Of a stretch of 24,000 nt of DNA, positions 1 through 7,983 are shown piece after piece (position 1 is the stretch's first letter; each line of letters begins with the position of its first letter). The notes beneath the pieces are model-generated. The model did no database searches. It saw only the letters and a program-made list of their open reading frames with translations, and was not told where the DNA came from. Position numbers and translations under genes: made by a program. This stretch comes from Granulosicoccaceae bacterium. Its GTDB lineage: Bacteria; Pseudomonadota; Gammaproteobacteria; Granulosicoccales; Granulosicoccaceae. The DNA is taken from NCBI GenBank assembly GCA_965222695.1, contig OZ244967.1, positions 2,977,782 to 3,001,781 of the forward strand, given 5' to 3'.

Positions 1-703
1 TACAATGAAACATCGGAACCGTATATAAGTAGACCGGATGCGGTGGCAGATGCCAGGCGGCAACTGTGCCCAAAGCCATAATATATGAGCCGCGGTGATG
101 ATAAACCACGCCTTTGGGCCGTCCGGAAGTGCCTGAAGTATAGTTAAGAGCCAGAGCCTGCCATTCGTCTGTGGGAAAGTCCCAGTCGAATTGCGGGTCT
201 CCGGAATCAAGGAATGACTCGTAGTCCAGAAAACGCTCATCTTCACCCGGGTTTTGATTTGCGGAAGCGATTTTGATCAACAGTGGATGATTCTTAATAG
301 GATCCAGGGCGTTTTCGACGCTGGAAATAACGCTACTATCGGCTATGAGAACTTTCGCATCACTGTCGTTCAAAATGTAAGCGATTGTTTCCGCCTCAAG
401 ACGTGTGTTGATCGTATTGATCACTGCCCCTGACATGGGAATCGCAAAATGAGCTTCGAATAAGGCATGGTTATTCGGGGAAATGATGGACACTGTATCG
501 CCTTTTCCGATTCCATGGCGAACCAATGCACTGGCTAGAGAGCGGGATCTGGTATAGATGTCAGGCCAGCTAAAACTTCGTGACCCGGCAATCAAAGCCG
601 TTCTGTCGGCATAGACATTCGCGCTGCGTTTCAAAAATGAAAGTGGTGTCAGTGGAACATAGTTTGCGGCGTTTTGCGGCAGTGCTTCAAAGTTTGCCAG
701 CAT
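1..703 (-). CDS. AMP-forming acyl-CoA synthetase / fatty-acid-CoA ligase, N-terminal part only; the gene runs off the left edge
   Basis: My own translation of the minus strand from ATG at 703-701 gives MLANFEALPQNAANYVPLTPLSFLKRSANVYADRTALIAG...NYTSGTSGRPKGVVYHHRGSYIMALG...YTVPMFHC with no stop to base 1. It contains the AMP-binding signature YTSGTSGRPKGV. A GGGGA Shine-Dalgarno-like run lies upstream. It is absent from the ORF track because it is open-ended. Confidence 0.85.
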   Translation of the reverse strand, partial: MLANFEALPQNAANYVPLTPLSFLKRSANVYADRTALIAGSRSFSWPDIYTRSRSLASALVRHGIGKGDTVSIISPNNHALFEAHFAIPMSGAVINTINTRLEAETIAYILNDSDAKVLIADSSVISSVENALDPIKNHPLLIKIASANQNPGEDERFLDYESFLDSGDPQFDWDFPTDEWQALALNYTSGTSGRPKGVVYHHRGSYIMALGTVAAWHLPPHPVYLYTVPMFHC

Positions 704-752
704 TGTTCATTTCCCCCTACGGTCCGGCGTGGCGAATTTTCACTTTGCTCTA

Positions 753-842
753 GAGGCTGTCGTCAGGAGTTTGCTTGCCGCTGCCTTGCTGGTAGAAAAA
801 ATACTCTGCGGCAGCTGCAAGCAAACTCCTGACGACAGCCTC
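753..842. repeat. Near-perfect 33-bp inverted repeat (arms 753-785 and 810-842, 24-nt spacer) able to form a long hairpin
   Basis: The left arm is gaggctgtcgtcaggagtttgcttgccgctgcc. The reverse complement of the right arm is gaggctgtcgtcaggagtttgcttgcagctgcc, a single mismatch. It sits between the comEA-like terminator and the acyl-CoA synthetase start codon. Confidence 0.9.
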
Positions 843-883
843 CAGCAAGCAGTATATCTCTTCACGTCGCAGAATTCATACGC

Positions 884-912
884 AAAAATAAGGGGCCTCT
901 CGACCCCTTTTT
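884..912. terminator. Bidirectional rho-independent terminator, probably ending the comEA-like transcript
   Basis: Stem aagggg (890-895) pairs with cccctt (904-909) around an 8-nt loop. It is flanked by aaaaata on the left and ttttt on the right, so a U-tract follows the stem on either strand. It lies about 60 nt downstream of the minus-strand stop at 975. Confidence 0.7.
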
Positions 913-974
913 GAGTTTCACTACAAAGAATTCGGCAAATGTTATTGTCGCCGTCTGTCTTCCCTTTGGCTTTT

Positions 975-1355
975 TTAGCCATCCTTTTTGGTCGACTCCT
1001 GTTTTTTATCCTTCTCGACTTTGGCCGATTCTTTCTTCTCGTCCAACGCCTTTTTCGTCGACAGAGGATCTCCCTCTTTAACACCGGAATTCAGTGACAG
1101 TGACTTGCGATTGCTGTCCAGTATTTCCGATCCTATGCCCGGAACGTTCTTCAGCTCCTCTATGCTTTTGAATGATCCGTGTTTGTTTCGGTATTTGATT
1201 ATGGCATCCGCTTTCACCGGGCCTATGCCTGTCAGGTGCAGCTGAAGTGCGGCGGAATTGGCTTCGTTTATATTAACGACTTCGGCTGAAACATTAGCGC
1301 AGAAAAAACCGAAAAGAAGGGTGAAAATCAAGCTAAGAGTGGATTTCTTTAACAT
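975..1355 (-). CDS. comEA: ComEA-family helix-hairpin-helix DNA-binding protein (secreted or periplasmic) with a Lys/Glu-rich C-terminal tail
   Basis: The 178-aa track ORF contains an internal ATG at 1355 preceded by AAGGAA. From there the product starts MLKKSTLSLIFTLLFGFFCANVSA, a signal peptide. It continues EVVNINEANSAALQLHLTGIGPVKADAIIKYRNKHGSFKSIEELKNVPGIGSEILD, the typical ComEA HhH module. The upstream 52 codons look non-coding. Confidence 0.8.
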   Translation of the reverse strand: MLKKSTLSLIFTLLFGFFCANVSAEVVNINEANSAALQLHLTGIGPVKADAIIKYRNKHGSFKSIEELKNVPGIGSEILDSNRKSLSLNSGVKEGDPLSTKKALDEKKESAKVEKDKKQESTKKDG

Positions 1356-1554
1356 CTTAAGTTCCTTTTTAGAGTTAAAAACATGCCGCATTCGATTTGC
1401 AGCGGCCTCAATAATGCAACATGCCGGGAGGAACTGAAACCCAAAAATGTTAAATATCTGTAACAATTCGTTCGTATAAAATTTAATCTTAAATTTTGTG
1501 ACGCAGATCACATAATTCCTTGCCTTTGCTTAAGATTCTAATACTGAGTTTCAC

Positions 1555-4152
1555 CTAAAGCTCTTCAGTCAGCATCGGTAGTTCAATTACAACTCTGGTA
1601 CCAACACCAGGACTTTCCGCAGCGACAGTTCCACGATGCTGTTCCACAACTCTGGATACCAGTGCAAGACCGAGACCTGAACCTTGGTACTCGCGTTCAA
1701 CGGAGTTGCTGCGTTTAAAGCGTTGAAATAAGGTACTGATCTTGCCTTCATCCATGCCAATCCCCTGGTCGAGTACCTCACAGACGACTTTGTGATCTTT
1801 AGCATACACACTGATACGTATAGTAGTTTTTTTGGGGCTGTACTTTATTGCATTTCCGATGACATTGACCAAGGCTCGCTCCAACAGAATCGCATTACCG
1901 CTGACCCAAAGATCGTCCTCCTCATTCTGCCGGATTTTAATTTCGATGGATTTTCCCTGCGCCTGAGGCATCAACTGGTCGATGGAATTATTGACGACAT
2001 TGTCAAACAACACAGGCTCAAGTTCATCTTGCTTCAAATTATCGGCCCTCGAAAGGTTTAACAGATCATCGATCATACCCAGACTTTGATTAATATTGCT
2101 TTCGATCCGGTCGAGGTTGGATGTATCATGTTCCATCACGAGTTCTTTCTGCGTCGACAAAAGATACACCGAGGAAATCAAAGGTGAACGTAAATCGTGG
2201 GAAAGATATTCAACCATTTCAGCCCGTGCCCGTTCACTCTCGCGAATCGCGGTAACATCGACTATACTCGCTACCATCAGGCGATCCGCAAATCGCTGAC
2301 CGATAACACTGAAATCAATGACTTTCTCGGCGCCGTGTACATCATAGTCAATTTGCCAGGATTGTTTTTCGATCAACAACTCACGCAAAAGCGGGGTATC
2401 GTCCTTACCCGGTTCTTTGTTAAGTGAACGCAAAAAGCTTATCAGCTCGGGTTCCTCTCCAAGTATTTCAGGCAGCATGGTATGTGCAAGTTCATTCATG
2501 CGAACGAATTCTCCCGCCATATTCCATACCACCAATCCGGCCGGGCTGCCGTGAAATATACTTTCACTCAAGGTATTTATCCGTAACAACTTGTCCATGC
2601 GAGAGCTCAGCTGCTGCGCTTTTATTTGCAGACGCTCAACCGTGTCGATATGACTGTCCGCACGCCGCCGGTCACGCACCCGCGACAGACTGTCGATCAT
2701 AAATGTGATTTCATCAGCATATTCCACATCTGAAATATTTAAATAAATAAAAAGCTTATCTGCAGTTTGATAGGATTTGAAATAGTGATTATCAAAATGC
2801 CTCCAGTTTCCTGCTGTTGTCTCCGGCAGTTTTTTATCTATGGTCTGTCCGTTTTGAAACACCAGTTCATTGCTGATAAATTTCCAGCCTTGTATTGGCA
2901 GATGATGCATGGCTGAATCCAGATAATTGACCAGAGATGCTGTTGCTGAACTGGATATAGGAGGTATTTCCGTATCCATTTCATTAATTTCGTCTTGAAT
3001 AAAACGGGAAACAAAGTCCAGTCTATGCCAGCTCCATATTGGAAAGCTGAGCAAAATTGGAATAGAAGCGGAGAGCGGAGGGTACCAGAGTTGCTGTTTC
3101 ACATAAAGTAAAAAGCTGATAATAATGGGCACAAAAGCCAATAAAAAAGATGCGATAAGCCCGACTCCGGGAGTGAATCGTACATAGAAAAATATAACGA
3201 TAAGCACCAATACCGCGGTAACCAGATAACTCAAGTGGTAATCGGAGGCCGTGACCAGGCGCTGATCCCGTAACGCGGAGAAGATTGTCGCGTGGACTTC
3301 GACGCCCGACATAGGGTGCGAATTTGAAGAAACCGGGGTCGGCTGTATATCCCCCAGGCCGGTGGCGGTAACACCTACAAAAACGTGTTTACCCCTTAAA
3401 GATTGAGTCTCGAAATCTCCCTCGATCACGTCGCTGGCTGACAAGGTTTTAAATGTACCGCTGGGGCCGTAGAAGGGGATCAAAACCTGATAGTCGGATA
3501 CCCAGGAAAACATGATGGGGCTGCGCTCAAGCCGCTTGCCCGGTAACTCCTCTGGTACTTCACCCAGCATCTCGGCAAGCGACAGACTCAGTGTAGACCA
3601 GTGCGCTGATTTGAATCCGGACTTTAAATTGACCCTGCGAACAATCCCATCCGGATCGACGGGTAGAAATACATGCCCCAAACCGGCAACGGCCATGGTG
3701 ATTTCCGGAATGGGTAATTTTTCCGGATTGATCTTACCGGCACTGTATTCTCCGGTCAGTATCGGCAGGATCACATTCCCGTTTTCCGAAATAACCTGAG
3801 AAAGCATGAAATCGTTACCGGTGGACGCCTGATCTGCTTCGGTAAACAGGATATCGAGTATCAGTGATTGCGCCTTCGATTCGGTAATCTGCCGGACGAG
3901 GGTCGCCTGTATATCCCGCGACCAGGGCCATCTTCCGATCTTCTGCAGGCTTGTGGAATCGATGCCGATGATGACCACGTCGTCCGGAGGTTCGGCCTTG
4001 TTGAGACGTGCCCATAAGTCATGAATCAAAATATCGGGTTTATCGGTAAATCTCGCCCAATCTAAAACTGCGGTTACGAGCAGCAATAAAGCGTAAAAAA
4101 CCAATAAAGAGACATAACTGACACGAGCGATTGAATTGACAGCACCGGGCAT
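1555..4152 (-). CDS. CHASE2-domain sensor histidine kinase (membrane, PAS-like linker, HisKA, HATPase_c)
   Basis: 865 aa. An N-terminal TM is followed by DVVIIGIDSTSLQKIGRWPWSRDIQATLVRQI...LILDILFTEAD, a CHASE2 signature. Several TM helices follow around aa 300-370. The H-box is EYLSHDLRSPL. The C-terminal ATPase motifs are NAIKYSP, DQGIGM and GSGLGLALV. Confidence 0.85.
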   Translation of the reverse strand: MPGAVNSIARVSYVSLLVFYALLLLVTAVLDWARFTDKPDILIHDLWARLNKAEPPDDVVIIGIDSTSLQKIGRWPWSRDIQATLVRQITESKAQSLILDILFTEADQASTGNDFMLSQVISENGNVILPILTGEYSAGKINPEKLPIPEITMAVAGLGHVFLPVDPDGIVRRVNLKSGFKSAHWSTLSLSLAEMLGEVPEELPGKRLERSPIMFSWVSDYQVLIPFYGPSGTFKTLSASDVIEGDFETQSLRGKHVFVGVTATGLGDIQPTPVSSNSHPMSGVEVHATIFSALRDQRLVTASDYHLSYLVTAVLVLIVIFFYVRFTPGVGLIASFLLAFVPIIISFLLYVKQQLWYPPLSASIPILLSFPIWSWHRLDFVSRFIQDEINEMDTEIPPISSSATASLVNYLDSAMHHLPIQGWKFISNELVFQNGQTIDKKLPETTAGNWRHFDNHYFKSYQTADKLFIYLNISDVEYADEITFMIDSLSRVRDRRRADSHIDTVERLQIKAQQLSSRMDKLLRINTLSESIFHGSPAGLVVWNMAGEFVRMNELAHTMLPEILGEEPELISFLRSLNKEPGKDDTPLLRELLIEKQSWQIDYDVHGAEKVIDFSVIGQRFADRLMVASIVDVTAIRESERARAEMVEYLSHDLRSPLISSVYLLSTQKELVMEHDTSNLDRIESNINQSLGMIDDLLNLSRADNLKQDELEPVLFDNVVNNSIDQLMPQAQGKSIEIKIRQNEEDDLWVSGNAILLERALVNVIGNAIKYSPKKTTIRISVYAKDHKVVCEVLDQGIGMDEGKISTLFQRFKRSNSVEREYQGSGLGLALVSRVVEQHRGTVAAESPGVGTRVVIELPMLTEEL

Positions 4153-4236
4153 AAATTCAGTTACTATAGACGATGGCGTGATCTCTTACTTATCTAACCA
4201 CGATTGTTAGGCGGCAGAATAATTTTTTTTCCGGCA

Positions 4237-5571
4237 TTACGGATTAGCTTGCCGGATTTCTATGACTTGGCTAAACGGACCGACCTTAAAATCCGGGTAA
4301 ACCGCGCGGGCTCTTCCCCACAATTTAGCACTATCGGCGAAACTCAATTTCGCGCCTTGCCCGACATCAAGGTCAACGCTGCGTACATCAACAAACTCGG
4401 GATCAGAAGATATCTGCATCTCATAAGTAACCGCTCCCGGAACCCCTGCATCAAGGTTAAATCCCGCGTCAGAATCAACGAGGATACCGCTGATGCGGGG
4501 TCTTTCAGCAGAATCGATACGGGTAACAAGATTTACCTCTTTTGTTGCAGGCATACCTTTCAAACCGTTGCTGTCAATCGCCCGCAAGAGAATATAGTGC
4601 TTGCCTCCTCGATCAAGGCTGATTTCGTAACGATTTTCATCGACAGCTTCGGCCTTACGTACCCGGGTCGCTAATTCATCCTCTGAAATTTGCACCAGAT
4701 AACGCTTTGCTTCTGGATCACCCCACCAATGCAACGAATCTGCAGCAGCCAGCCTGGCAGGCACGTTCCTAAAAACCGGAGCTTGCAGTAACAGCGTCGG
4801 AATTCCAGGTGGTTCGCCGATTCTCGATTTGGCGCCGAATCCCTGATTGAGTTCTGCGGTAATTCCCTCAGCACTTAAATCAACCTGTCCCCTGGTAACA
4901 CTCGTACTTGATTCCTGTACACCAGAGTCCATATCAAATACTGTTCCACGCACCGCGGCAGATCCACTGGGTGTATTGATTCTAAACCTTACCGGCTGTT
5001 TCTGACTTGCATTAACACGCGACTGAACACTACCTTCTTCAGTATAGAGTTCGATTGCGCAGTCCTCATCGCTATCCTCGCAATCTATATCGACTATGGT
5101 AATATGGCTCGACGGCTGTATATTAATAACACTACCTGAACTGAACTCGACACTGACAAATCCACTTTGTCCGGTAAAAATTTCATCTCCTACTTTAATC
5201 TCATCACCTCTGTGCAGTTCCTCTTTGTGCTTCGTCCGTGCGGAACGCCTGAATGCCGTACCTTTTACAAATAATACAATTGCGCGCTCCTGAGACCGCG
5301 TATAGGTCAAAGGTATTCTGATCTTCTGTCCTTGTTGAATCTTTCTTGGGTCCTGGATATTGTTGTGACGGGCAACTGCAGGCCAGTACACAGCCGAGCG
5401 CATCTCACGTTCAACAATTTCAGAAAGAGTTTCCCCGGGCTGGACGGTTACCAGGCGTTCACTGCGAAAATCAGGAGCCGCCTCTAAACATGAGGTGAAG
5501 AGCATTAAGGTCAGCAACACCGACCAGCCGCAAGCCCGGGTTCGTCGATCTGAATCAGCGCAGTGTCTCAT
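4237..5571 (-). CDS. Secreted LysM + FecR-domain protein with a C-terminal beta-rich (Ig/Fn3-like) region
   Basis: 444 aa. The signal-like N-terminus is WSVLLTLMLFTSCLEA. The LysM-like segment is VTVQPGETLSEIVEREMRSAVYWPAVARHNNIQDPRKIQQGQKIRIP. The FecR-like segment is GDEIKVGDEIFTGQSGFVSVEFSSGSVINIQPSSHITI. It is flanked by the response regulator and the CHASE2 kinase on the same strand. Confidence 0.7.
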   Translation of the reverse strand: MRHCADSDRRTRACGWSVLLTLMLFTSCLEAAPDFRSERLVTVQPGETLSEIVEREMRSAVYWPAVARHNNIQDPRKIQQGQKIRIPLTYTRSQERAIVLFVKGTAFRRSARTKHKEELHRGDEIKVGDEIFTGQSGFVSVEFSSGSVINIQPSSHITIVDIDCEDSDEDCAIELYTEEGSVQSRVNASQKQPVRFRINTPSGSAAVRGTVFDMDSGVQESSTSVTRGQVDLSAEGITAELNQGFGAKSRIGEPPGIPTLLLQAPVFRNVPARLAAADSLHWWGDPEAKRYLVQISEDELATRVRKAEAVDENRYEISLDRGGKHYILLRAIDSNGLKGMPATKEVNLVTRIDSAERPRISGILVDSDAGFNLDAGVPGAVTYEMQISSDPEFVDVRSVDLDVGQGAKLSFADSAKLWGRARAVYPDFKVGPFSQVIEIRQANP

Positions 5572-5619
5572 GAATACCCGTTAAATCAGTAAAAATACAA
5601 GTATAACTGCCTTGAAGTA

Positions 5620-6321
5620 CTACTGTTGTACGTACTCGTCCAATCTGTATCCGTGTTGATAGATTGAAGTGAGTTTCCAGCGTCCGGAAGATGATAATTG
5701 TAATTTTTTACGTAAGCGGCTTGCATGGGTGTCCACAGTTCGCGTGTTTAATTCCGCTGAAGTACCCCATACTGTAGTCAGCAAATGTTGTCGTGACAGT
5801 ACCCGACCACGATTGCGAAACATAAATAAAGCAAGATCATATTCCTTTTCAGTCAATCGGACAATCTCGTCGTTAAACATGACCTGGCGATTGCCTGTCT
5901 CAAACCGATAAGGTGGAAATTCCAGCACTTCCGCTTCCGGTTGCGCCCTGCGCGCCAAGGCTTTCAGTCGGGCTAAAACTTCCTTTTCCCGGGCAGGTTT
6001 TACCAGGTAATCATCAGCACCGACTTCCAGTGCCGTCACTATATCTTCCTCAGCCTGTCTTGCGGTGATAAAAATCACCGGTATGTCGCTGGCTGCAGTT
6101 TGTCGCAACCAGCGCAAGACTTCCAAACCGGAGCGTTCACCCAGCCCCCAGTCTATGGCAATAACATCGATGGTACATTTGCGAAATTCCTGTTGGAAGC
6201 TTTCAGCGTTTGAGAACACCATACAGTGATGACCCGCGCCTTCAATCCAGCTTCTCATACGTGCGGCCTGGTCCTGATCATCTTCAAGCAACGCGACCCG
6301 TAAAATTTGTACTTCGCTCAT
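5620..6321 (-). CDS. OmpR/PhoB-family response regulator (receiver + winged-helix DNA-binding domain)
   Basis: 233 aa. The receiver domain shows RVALLEDD...DVIAIDWGLGERSGLEVL...PVIFITAR...GADDYLVKP. The C-terminal trans_reg_C part shows LTEKEYDLALFMFRN.GRVLSRQHLL..VWG......TRTVDTHASRLRKKL...YGYRL. Confidence 0.9.
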   Translation of the reverse strand: MSEVQILRVALLEDDQDQAARMRSWIEGAGHHCMVFSNAESFQQEFRKCTIDVIAIDWGLGERSGLEVLRWLRQTAASDIPVIFITARQAEEDIVTALEVGADDYLVKPAREKEVLARLKALARRAQPEAEVLEFPPYRFETGNRQVMFNDEIVRLTEKEYDLALFMFRNRGRVLSRQHLLTTVWGTSAELNTRTVDTHASRLRKKLQLSSSGRWKLTSIYQHGYRLDEYVQQ

Positions 6322-6762
6322 TTTCTCTCACACATTTGGTCAGTTCATCAGCGAACCAGCTTGTCTATTGAGGCAGATACCGATGAAAGGAACCACCACC
6401 TGGAAAGCACACGTATTCTGCTTTGCAGCATAAAGCATGCAGTACGGCACCTGGAAATTTACCGTTCCGAATAGTGTGAGTATAACAAGCCAAGCTTTTT
6501 CAGCGTTAATTATTACAAGACATTTACGCTAAACATTTCTCAATTTTAACTTAAAAATCAAGAATTAGTGTCAATTTAGTCTACGCGCATGACAACTGAA
6601 ACGGGAAATATGCAGACTGACTGCCAAGTGATCAGCAAAGTCCACCGCTAAATCGGCAGATGGTATCTCCGGCCACCAGACTGATTCATCATCCGGGTGT
6701 CACTACACAATATCCGTTGAAAAAAACTCGAATACTGTTCAGCACATGAACCAGACAAGACG

Positions 6763-7395
6763 TCAGGTCGGTAACGGATTCAGAAAATGGCGGCCCGCGT
6801 TGATACTCTCAATCTGCTCAAGCAGATTTTCATAATCCCTATTATTGTCAACAAAATTAATGTCTTTGGCATTGACCATAAGCAAGGGAGAGTCACTGTA
6901 TTCATGAAAAAAATCTGCATAAGCATCCACCACGCGCTGCAGGTACCCGCTGGCCATACGCTGCTCAAACCCGATACCGCGGGTTTGGATTCTATCCATC
7001 AGTGTCTCGGGCGGTGCCTGTAGATAAATAACCAGGTTCGGCTGAGTGACTTTGCTTACCAACGCATCATGGATTCGATTGTATATCCACAACTCATCTT
7101 CATTGAGAGTCTGTTCTGCAAACAATTTATCTTTGGCGAGCAGAAAATCGCTGACTGTCGGCTGCTCCCTCCTCTCAGGCGCGAAAGACTGCTGCAATTG
7201 CAATCTGCGAAGAAGAAAATCCAGTTGAGTGTGAAGTGCATAGTTTCCCGAACTGTTATAGAACGCCTCGAGGAAAGGGTTCTCGCGTTCCGGGTCATAA
7301 ACCATTTTTGCGCCGATCGAATCGGCAATACGGCTTGCCAGGGACGTCTTACCTACGCCTATAGGACCCTCAACAACGATATAACTTGCGTCCAT
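6763..7395 (-). CDS. Deoxynucleoside kinase family protein
   Basis: The P-loop is YIVVEGPIGVGKTSLASRIA, followed by NPFLEAFY...YALHTQLDFLLRR, as in the dNK/dGK family. The track ORF begins at TTG 7401. ATG at 7395 lies 2 nt after the folK stop and is the more likely start. Confidence 0.8.
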   Translation of the reverse strand: MDASYIVVEGPIGVGKTSLASRIADSIGAKMVYDPERENPFLEAFYNSSGNYALHTQLDFLLRRLQLQQSFAPERREQPTVSDFLLAKDKLFAEQTLNEDELWIYNRIHDALVSKVTQPNLVIYLQAPPETLMDRIQTRGIGFEQRMASGYLQRVVDAYADFFHEYSDSPLLMVNAKDINFVDNNRDYENLLEQIESINAGRHFLNPLPT

Positions 7396-7397
7396 AT

Positions 7398-7892
7398 TCA
7401 AATCATCTCCAGTGAATTTACGGCCTGACTATCCAGAGCTTCGATCAGCGATAAAATCGGACCGGCGCCCGGGATACATAGCGTATCATCTATCTCCGCC
7501 AGGGGAATAAGCACAAACGCACGCCGAGCCAAACCGGCATGAGGGATGATCAGCCGGTCCGAGTGATACTGCAGTTGTCCGTACAGAAGTATATCCAGAT
7601 CAATAATTCTCTCACCCCAACGCCTTTGGGTGTTCGGCCTCCCGAACCCCCGTTCGATTTTTTTGAGCGCCTGCAGCAAATCCATGGGAGCGTTGTCGGT
7701 TTCTATCTGCACTACAGCATTGATATAGTCGGGCTGGTCTTGAGGGCCCATGGGAGGTGATCTGTATAGCGAAGACTGCTTTGTTACCCTGATGGATGCA
7801 AGAGAATCCATTGACTCAATCGCATTTCTCAGCTGTTTTTCAGGCTCATAAAGATTTGACCCCAGAGCGATATAGGCAATTTCTCTAGCCAC
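7398..7892 (-). CDS. folK: 2-amino-4-hydroxy-6-hydroxymethyldihydropteridine diphosphokinase (HPPK)
   Basis: 164 aa. IAYIALGSNL...L.SSLYRSPPMGPQDQPDYINAVVQIET...LL..LKKIE..FGR....RWGERIIDLDILLYG......RLIIPH are typical HPPK motifs. The start is GTG. The position downstream of pcnB is the classic pcnB-folK arrangement. Confidence 0.9.
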   Translation of the reverse strand: MAREIAYIALGSNLYEPEKQLRNAIESMDSLASIRVTKQSSLYRSPPMGPQDQPDYINAVVQIETDNAPMDLLQALKKIERGFGRPNTQRRWGERIIDLDILLYGQLQYHSDRLIIPHAGLARRAFVLIPLAEIDDTLCIPGAGPILSLIEALDSQAVNSLEMI

Positions 7893-7983
7893 CGGGACAT
7901 CCTGTAGTTTTAGGGGGTGTTCTCAATCACCAAATCCGGCGGTAAATGCAGGTGGATATTTGAATGCACATGCGTGAACGGTT

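Noticed and set aside
729-1084. Track ORFs 729..914 (+, 61 aa) and 740..1084 (-, 114 aa), and the N-terminal 52 codons of ORF 975..1511
   Set aside because: They run through the long palindrome, the terminator and the non-coding leader. They have an Arg/Lys-biased or low-complexity composition, no RBS and no recognisable motifs. The real gene is the signal-peptide-bearing ComEA-like ORF starting at 1355.
1380-1430. 9-bp direct repeat aacatgccg x2 and a ttgca...tgcaa inverted pair upstream of comEA
   Set aside because: These are short, easily explained by chance in a 200-bp region, and match no known motif that I can name with confidence.
6383-6433. Small plus-strand ORF MKGTTTWKAHVFCFAA with a GAGG about 9 nt upstream, inside the large intergenic region
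   Set aside because: It is only 16 codons with no supporting features. Chance occurrence is likely, and the reading direction is opposite to all neighbours.
6397-6457. Direct repeat cacctggaaa x2 as an OmpR-family binding site
   Set aside because: The copies are 51 bp apart, whereas the tandem half-sites typical of OmpR/PhoB regulators are spaced about 10-11 bp. It is kept only as a note within the intergenic finding.
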